Source: Nitrospirota bacterium (GTDB taxonomy: Bacteria > Nitrospirota > Thermodesulfovibrionia > Thermodesulfovibrionales > Dissulfurispiraceae). Taken from it: DNA of 64,000 nt. The notes beneath the pieces are model-generated. The model was not told where the DNA came from. It saw nothing but the letters and a program-made list of their open reading frames with translations, and did not search any database. Location of the stretch: contig CAVPZX010000004.1 of assembly GCA_963710375.1 (NCBI GenBank), positions 96,001 to 160,000 of the forward strand, read 5' to 3'. Positions 58,295 to 64,000 of this stretch are shown here, one piece after another (the first letter of the stretch is position 1; each line of letters begins with the position of its first letter). The position numbers and the translations under genes are program-made.

Positions 58295-59122
58295 TCATTT
58301 GACCCTCACGAGCCTGAAACCGAGTGCATGAGTACTAAATGACGGGTCGAGTGAAACACGATGGGAACACGTCACTCCCAAAGGTCCGTTGCTCCAGCCT
58401 CCGCCTCTCATCACACGATACGCTCCGGAACCCTCGTAGACAGGGTTATCTTTGGGAAGCTTGGAATAGGCCTCGCTGTTATAAACATCCTCGACCCACT
58501 CCCATACATTGCCGAGCATGTCATACAGTCCATAGCCGTTCGGTTTAAAACTGCCGACAGGCGCGGAAACCAGAAATTTGTCGTCACAGCTAAAAATGGT
58601 CCATTTCGGCCAATGTTTTTTTGCACTCAGGTCCGCAACATTTGCATAGGTACACGCATCGTCAGGATTATTGCCCCAGAAAAAGCTCGTCGTTGTTCCA
58701 GCCCGGCAGGCATATTCCCACTCCGCTTCTGTCGGGAGCCTGTAAGTGTGTCCGGTCTTTTTCGAGAGCCACTTGGCATAGTCGTCCGCATCGTACCATG
58801 AAACAAACACCGCGGGCTGTTTGTCGTCGTTCAGCGTCATCCCTTCGAATGCTCCGCTGTTATGGTCCGGCCGGAATTTTCTGTACTGCTCGTTGGTTAC
58901 ATCATACTTTCCAATATAGAAATCATTAAGGCAGACTTCATGAACAGGTCTCTCGTTTCTCTCGCCGCTACCAACAGAATCTCCCATTTGATAACAGCCA
59001 CCCTTAACGAATATAAGATCCACGCCTACTACGTTGTCAGTAATCGGGGTTTCTGCACTAACTATGGCAGGAGAGCCAGCGAGGGAAAACATCAACACAA
59101 CAAACAGAATTCTTAAGACCAT
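58295..59122 (-). CDS. Exported formylglycine-generating-enzyme (SUMF1/NirV)-fold protein
   Basis: Signal peptide, RLPTEAEWEYACRAG, GLYDMLGNVWEW, RGGGW, GFR. Confidence 0.9.
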   Translation of the reverse strand: MVLRILFVVLMFSLAGSPAIVSAETPITDNVVGVDLIFVKGGCYQMGDSVGSGERNERPVHEVCLNDFYIGKYDVTNEQYRKFRPDHNSGAFEGMTLNDDKQPAVFVSWYDADDYAKWLSKKTGHTYRLPTEAEWEYACRAGTTTSFFWGNNPDDACTYANVADLSAKKHWPKWTIFSCDDKFLVSAPVGSFKPNGYGLYDMLGNVWEWVEDVYNSEAYSKLPKDNPVYEGSGAYRVMRGGGWSNGPLGVTCSHRVSLDPSFSTHALGFRLVRVK

Positions 59123-59471
59123 CTTACACCCCCTGATCTAAAATGTACTTTTAGTTTTACCCTCAAACAGCATAAAGTCTGCTGCACGTTTCTTGTGCAC
59201 ATCGCTAATTGTGTGCACTCTCGCCTCTTGCTGTTTCACCTCCTTGTCGCAGCGGACAAAGTATTAACAATAGATTTTTTCATTACGGATTAAATCCAAA
59301 CCAAAATAATCCTTAGCGTATACTTTATCAGATTATGGAATGATTGGCAATAGATTATAGGTGAACATTTTTTGTTGATGTAGTATGTATTTTTTGTGAT
59401 CTTAATTAGTAATTTTATCCCGGGTAATGTGAGAAATCACAATACCTGTGACAACTCATTGAAATTTATTA

Positions 59472-60218
59472 TTAATGTGGGTTAAGAAGGGCGTCTATCA
59501 TGTGATCGCTAACCGCATCTGCAACATAGTCAACCAGGTCCTTATCTATTGGTGAAACAAAAGGCACTACCGCAAGTATTGGCACAGGGCATAGCTTCCT
59601 AAGCACCTCGGGGTTTGTCCGCTCCGCTACTGCATTTGATGCAGTTTCGTTGCTGTTGATAACGACACCCCGCACTTCTATTCCTTCTCCTATAGCATGC
59701 ATAACGGTCAACAGCGTATGATTGATGGTGCCCAATCCAGCCCTGGCAACTATAACTACAGGAATATCTAATGATTTAATCAGATCGGACATCAAGAACG
59801 CCGACGGGATGGGTCCTGTAATCATGCTGCCGCCTGATTCTTTTATCGGAACCATGATGCCGCCGGCGCCCTCCACGACGAGGAAGTCATATTTTGTTAT
59901 AAGCATGGAATACGCACGCATTACGGCGCCGAGATCAACGCTCTTCCCTTCCAGTTCAGCGGCTACCATAGGTGAAAGGGGATATGAAAAACGAACCGGC
60001 GTCACAATTTCTGCTGGTTCACCCATTCCGGCAATTTTCCGCAGGAACATCCCGTCCTGCGCAACTAACGTTCCGCCTTCGTTAATGCAGCCTGTTTCCA
60101 CTGGCTTCATAGCGCCGGCTTTCACACCTTTCCTGCCCAGCGCCCGTATAATTCCGGCAGCGATAACCGTCTTGCCGACACCGGTATCCGTTCCTGTTAT
60201 AAAAATTCCTTTTGTCAT
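59472..60218 (-). CDS. bioD: Dethiobiotin synthase
   Basis: TGTDTGVGKT, KPVETG, EGAGG, LGTINHT. Confidence 0.96.
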   Translation of the reverse strand: MTKGIFITGTDTGVGKTVIAAGIIRALGRKGVKAGAMKPVETGCINEGGTLVAQDGMFLRKIAGMGEPAEIVTPVRFSYPLSPMVAAELEGKSVDLGAVMRAYSMLITKYDFLVVEGAGGIMVPIKESGGSMITGPIPSAFLMSDLIKSLDIPVVIVARAGLGTINHTLLTVMHAIGEGIEVRGVVINSNETASNAVAERTNPEVLRKLCPVPILAVVPFVSPIDKDLVDYVADAVSDHMIDALLNPH

Positions 60219-60370
60219 TATTTATGCATTGGAGCTCTTATTCGTCTTAATCATACTATTCATGTTATAATTTCCCATATAATGCGTCAAGCGTCGCGCA
60301 GGAAAAACCACGCCTCTGTGGTTTTTTTCACACTCGACTCTTGGCGCTCAACGTTTTTCCAGGAGGTGTT

Positions 60371-60928
60371 ATGACACGTTTTGAAGAAGTGCAAATGAAG
60401 ATCGCTGAATCTGCAAAAAATTATCTTGAAATATTCAATATGCAGGTTTTCATAGAGCAGTTCACACTTGACAGGGAAAGCAGGTTCTCGCTTTCTTTGC
60501 CGAATATGGAGACCCCATATTCACTGACGGCAACCGTATCTTTTACATATGACGCATTTCAGACCGGAATGACTCTTTATGAGGATGATACGGAAGAAAG
60601 CTCGATGGATGCTGATAACTCTCTGGAGTTGGAATTCTTGATAAAATTGCCGATTATGGAAGACTACCCGAACATCGAGGCATTGCTTGCAGAGGTTGAG
60701 GAAGAATATCCCGATACTCAACCTGTGCTCTTTGCAAAGGAAATCATTCCAAGCGAGCAGCCCTCCAGGGAATACGAGATCTCATACATCTATGATATTG
60801 AGGCCAATGACCTTGGCGATGATGAATTGTTTGACCAGCTTTTTGAGGAACTCAGGGGTATCCTTGAACTCATCCTAAAGAGGACGAAAGACTACATAGA
60901 CCACTCCTGGTACAGCTCCGAAGAGTGA
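60371..60928 (+). CDS. Hypothetical, strongly acidic protein
   Basis: AGGAGG RBS, long ORF, Asp/Glu-rich; no recognised motif. Confidence 0.7.
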   Translation: MTRFEEVQMKIAESAKNYLEIFNMQVFIEQFTLDRESRFSLSLPNMETPYSLTATVSFTYDAFQTGMTLYEDDTEESSMDADNSLELEFLIKLPIMEDYPNIEALLAEVEEEYPDTQPVLFAKEIIPSEQPSREYEISYIYDIEANDLGDDELFDQLFEELRGILELILKRTKDYIDHSWYSSEE

Positions 60929-60930
60929 CT

Positions 60931-61056
60931 GACGGCTTCGTAAAAAGTCCATATGCTGCGTTACGCTGCACCCTTCGTCACTGCGGCGTACATAAAAGTA
61001 CGCCTCATTCCTCAGGATTTGCGTGCCTTGCCTCTGGACCTTTTTACGAAGCCGTC
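60931..61056. mobile_element. Palindromic mini-element family C, copy 2
   Basis: Perfect 17-bp ends GACGGCTTCGTAAAAAG/CTTTTTACGAAGCCGTC; core shared with 7739-7863. Confidence 0.82.
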
Positions 61057-61073
61057 TTAATTATTTTCCTATT

Positions 61074-61733
61074 ATGACTTCTAAAGAGTTGACTAATAAT
61101 ATCGACTGTATCCTGCTGGATATGGATGGAACGCTTCTGGACAAGTATTTTGATGATTATTTCTGGGAGCACCTTGTTCCGGAAAAGTACGCTGAGAAAC
61201 ATGGTGTCACATTCGGCAACGCAAAGAAGATATTGTTTTCCCTGTACAAGTCCCATGAAGGCACATTGAACTGGACCGATATCGATTTCTGGTCAAAAGA
61301 ACTTCACCTGGATATCCCGGCGCTCAAAGAGCAGATTAAACACCTGATAGAAGTCCATCCCCACGTGGAGGATTTTCTGAAAGCAATGAAGCAGCATAAG
61401 AAAAGAGTCTATATGCTCACGAATGCCCATTATAAGGTCCTGGACATCAAATTAAAAAAAACCGACATAGGAAGATACTTCGACAGTTGTATCACATCAT
61501 TTGAGATTGGCTACCCGAAAGAGATGGTCGAATTCTGGGAGAAGGTCGAAAAAATACTGAAATTCGATAAAGAACGCACCCTCTTTATTGATGATACCGC
61601 CGAGGTCCTGAAAACAGCAAAAGCCTTCGGAATAAAATATCTCTTCCTCAAAACAGGGGCCAACTCCAGGAAAAAAGATACAGCCGTGCACGAATTCCCG
61701 ATTTTAAAAGATTACAGGGAACTGATGAAATAG
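61074..61733 (+). CDS. HAD hydrolase, YrfG-like GMP/IMP nucleotidase
   Basis: LLDMDGTLLD..FD..FW, LTNAH, GYPKE, LFIDD. Confidence 0.88.
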   Translation: MTSKELTNNIDCILLDMDGTLLDKYFDDYFWEHLVPEKYAEKHGVTFGNAKKILFSLYKSHEGTLNWTDIDFWSKELHLDIPALKEQIKHLIEVHPHVEDFLKAMKQHKKRVYMLTNAHYKVLDIKLKKTDIGRYFDSCITSFEIGYPKEMVEFWEKVEKILKFDKERTLFIDDTAEVLKTAKAFGIKYLFLKTGANSRKKDTAVHEFPILKDYRELMK

Positions 61734-61739
61734 CCCACA

Positions 61740-63959
61740 TTACGGGCATAAACTTTCAACTCCTGTGATTCGCGGGAAATCCCATATGTCCATGTAAAAT
61801 GCATCAAACCGCCTGTGCCTAACCTGTTCTTCCTCGCGTCGCCAGAACAAAAGATCGCTTGCAGGATAGAGATAGCCGAAATGATATGCCGTGAAATTTG
61901 TTCGCTGCCGGGCAATGAGGCTGACCGGATACCGGTAAATCTTCTCCTGCAGTTGCACCAGCGCCAGTGCTTTCAGCCGTACGCGGGCGGCTTGCCGCAG
62001 CAGGCTCTCGGCCTCATTAGTCGCCGGAAGCCACCAGTGCCCTTTTCTAAGCGCAAGCAGTGCCTGAATAGTCAAAGACCGGTGTTGCGCCCTGAGTGCT
62101 GTGACTTCGAGAGCCCTGGTCAATTCGCGTGCGATCAATGGCACATCCTGAGATACCCGTTTCTGTCCGGCATAATTCCGCTCTGTTGCACGTTCAAGGT
62201 CTTCCACCACAGCGTTCATCTCTCGCGCATATGCTTTCAGATCTGATACCGTAGATGCCGCGATCTTTTCTGCTTCCGCATCAGACGCCTTATAGAGAAG
62301 CCACGAACTCGAAAAAAAAGGTCTCGGCTGAAAAGGGCTGTTAAAAGGCCATGGAAGCTCAGCCGATGGGTCGAGCGCAGACATGAATCCGATCAGTCCC
62401 CTGCCTTTGAAATAATAGTTCTGAAGCGCCAGCGCTCTCTGAAACAACAGGCGTATACGGGTATCAGGGAAAATGTCATCCAGCACGCTGAGAGGAGACG
62501 TTTTTTGCACAGAGCCATTTTCGATATGGGTCCAGGACCATCGGGCGATGCTCCAGTCCACAAGCCAATAGCCCCATTCCCACCCCGAGCTGAAAGTGAG
62601 GTGATTGCCGACGCCGATTTGTTTCATGGTTTTCATATCAGACCACCGCGCATCAAGATATGGAAGGAGGAGCAACGGTACGGAATTGTCAAAGGAAACC
62701 CAGTACGCTGATTCAGGCCAATACCAGGTCTCACGCCGTTTGTTTTCCTGTATGGCCCTGCAGAGCATGCCCCTAAAATTGATATTGCCATATACTGGAG
62801 CGGATGGTTCGTCGATCGCATAGAACATGACCGTATGTATCAAAATGCCTGTCTTCAGATGCCCGTCATTCGAGGCATTTACCCCGGAGCTGGAAGGTCC
62901 GGTCTGACACCAATGCTGACTGTCGATAACATGAGTCGGTAGCATTACTTTGGTTTTGTATTTCTCGGCAACCTGTTTGATCAGATACGTTTTCAGCCCC
63001 GGCATCAATTCCCCAAGATCCGGCAGGTATTCGCCCATGGTGAAATCTACAGTTACGAAGTCCCATTTCACACGGAATATCCATGAAAGAGTACTATCAA
63101 TCTGGCGTTTATAGGAAGGAAAAAACCTGAACAATTTTATGGTCTGAAAGGCATGTTGCTGCATCATAAAGAGTGAGAATTCCAAACCTGCCTCTATGCC
63201 CCGCTTATGTGCATATGATACAAGTCCATCTGCATGCCTGATCCAGCGCGCATGATCAATGTCCCTCAAAAGGAAAAATTGGACTGTATCTTGCTGATTC
63301 CTTGCAAGCCAGTCTATGTACTCCCTCAGGTCTTCAGCCGCATGAGGATAATCAGGATTATGCAGCTGCTCTGTAAGTTCAATTGGATGAAGGGTATGGA
63401 TATGGAAGCCTTTCCTGGCAAAGCGCGGGAAGGATTTCCATTGAAAGTTCACGGGCAGCGGCCACAGTTTATGAAAAGGTATAATGGTCCTTTTGGGATG
63501 GTAAAATTTGAATCCGAGCTTTTCCTGAAGCAGTCCGTAAAGCCCGAAACTCACTCCCTGAAAAGAGTGTGATTTCAGGGCCAGTACAACACGGCCTTTA
63601 TTGCCTGAGGATACCCATTCATACCCTTGCGAGTATTGCCGGTAAGAGTAAACTCCCTTCTCTGAAGAACGGGCCGGGAGGGAGTTGTTTCCTCCGTTGC
63701 TTTGCGAAACAGCTATATGCACCCGGGCATAAGGGTTGTTCAGCGATACTGACGCAGACGGGAACCCCTTTTTTAACAGGGCGAGGACATCTTTTATGGT
63801 AACGCCGGTAATGGAATTATTAAGAAATGCCTGGGAGGCATCGATGCTGATGGAGCGCAGCGGAAGCGACCTGCTGAAGGCAAACGCATAAGATGAATTA
63901 ACAAATAAAAGGACAAAAAGTACGGCGCATCTTAGTGCCATAGCATTATACGCCTTCAT
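61740..63959 (-). CDS. Large exported hypothetical protein
   Basis: Signal peptide, 739-aa ORF; GVSFGLYGLL...P-x-F..KGFHIH resembles the junction before TIM-barrel domains of GH20/GH67-like proteins. Confidence 0.65.
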   Translation of the reverse strand: MKAYNAMALRCAVLFVLLFVNSSYAFAFSRSLPLRSISIDASQAFLNNSITGVTIKDVLALLKKGFPSASVSLNNPYARVHIAVSQSNGGNNSLPARSSEKGVYSYRQYSQGYEWVSSGNKGRVVLALKSHSFQGVSFGLYGLLQEKLGFKFYHPKRTIIPFHKLWPLPVNFQWKSFPRFARKGFHIHTLHPIELTEQLHNPDYPHAAEDLREYIDWLARNQQDTVQFFLLRDIDHARWIRHADGLVSYAHKRGIEAGLEFSLFMMQQHAFQTIKLFRFFPSYKRQIDSTLSWIFRVKWDFVTVDFTMGEYLPDLGELMPGLKTYLIKQVAEKYKTKVMLPTHVIDSQHWCQTGPSSSGVNASNDGHLKTGILIHTVMFYAIDEPSAPVYGNINFRGMLCRAIQENKRRETWYWPESAYWVSFDNSVPLLLLPYLDARWSDMKTMKQIGVGNHLTFSSGWEWGYWLVDWSIARWSWTHIENGSVQKTSPLSVLDDIFPDTRIRLLFQRALALQNYYFKGRGLIGFMSALDPSAELPWPFNSPFQPRPFFSSSWLLYKASDAEAEKIAASTVSDLKAYAREMNAVVEDLERATERNYAGQKRVSQDVPLIARELTRALEVTALRAQHRSLTIQALLALRKGHWWLPATNEAESLLRQAARVRLKALALVQLQEKIYRYPVSLIARQRTNFTAYHFGYLYPASDLLFWRREEEQVRHRRFDAFYMDIWDFPRITGVESLCP

Positions 63960-64000
63960 ACATTATTTGTTCCTCTCCAGTTTTTATCGATTACTATAGG

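Noticed and set aside
59428..59441. TGTGA-N4-TCACA as CRP/Rex site
   Set aside because: Spacing is 4, not the 6 expected; may bind another regulator but cannot be assigned
63960..64000. 3' end of a gene upstream of the 739-aa ORF
   Set aside because: Too little sequence to call

Overview
Gene-dense bacterial chromosome segment. The gene set suggests an anaerobe, plausibly Nitrospirota/Thermodesulfovibrionia-like (inference only). Housekeeping genes (aroKB, phoBR, pgi, hemL, mtnP, yebC, glmUS, pcrA, gatC, panD, bioD) are interleaved with three accessory blocks. (1) A ~11.5-kb metal(loid) island (9.9-21.4 kb): chrA, a CoA-disulfide-reductase-like/ECF-sigma/CMD module, an ars operon (arsP, DGC protein, thioredoxin-like, arsR, arsC, acr3) that ends in a methanogen-type MtrA corrinoid protein, and the mercury-methylation genes hgcC-hgcA-hgcB. 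A 251-bp palindromic element lies between the hgc consensus promoter and the genes. (2) A ~9.3-kb quinone/cytochrome cluster: Rieske, cyt b and pentaheme genes converge on an 11-heme cytochrome plus two NrfC/NrfD modules, one NrfD fused to a CBS pair. (3) An FGE-fold/decaheme/MtrB-porin operon. Intergenic DNA holds three families of palindromic mini-elements whose arms co-vary, a ~40-bp hairpin inserted in two unrelated families, and inverted 7/8-mer arrays. Three genes carry single-base frameshifts, possibly assembly errors. No rRNA, tRNA, CRISPR array or transposase was recognised.
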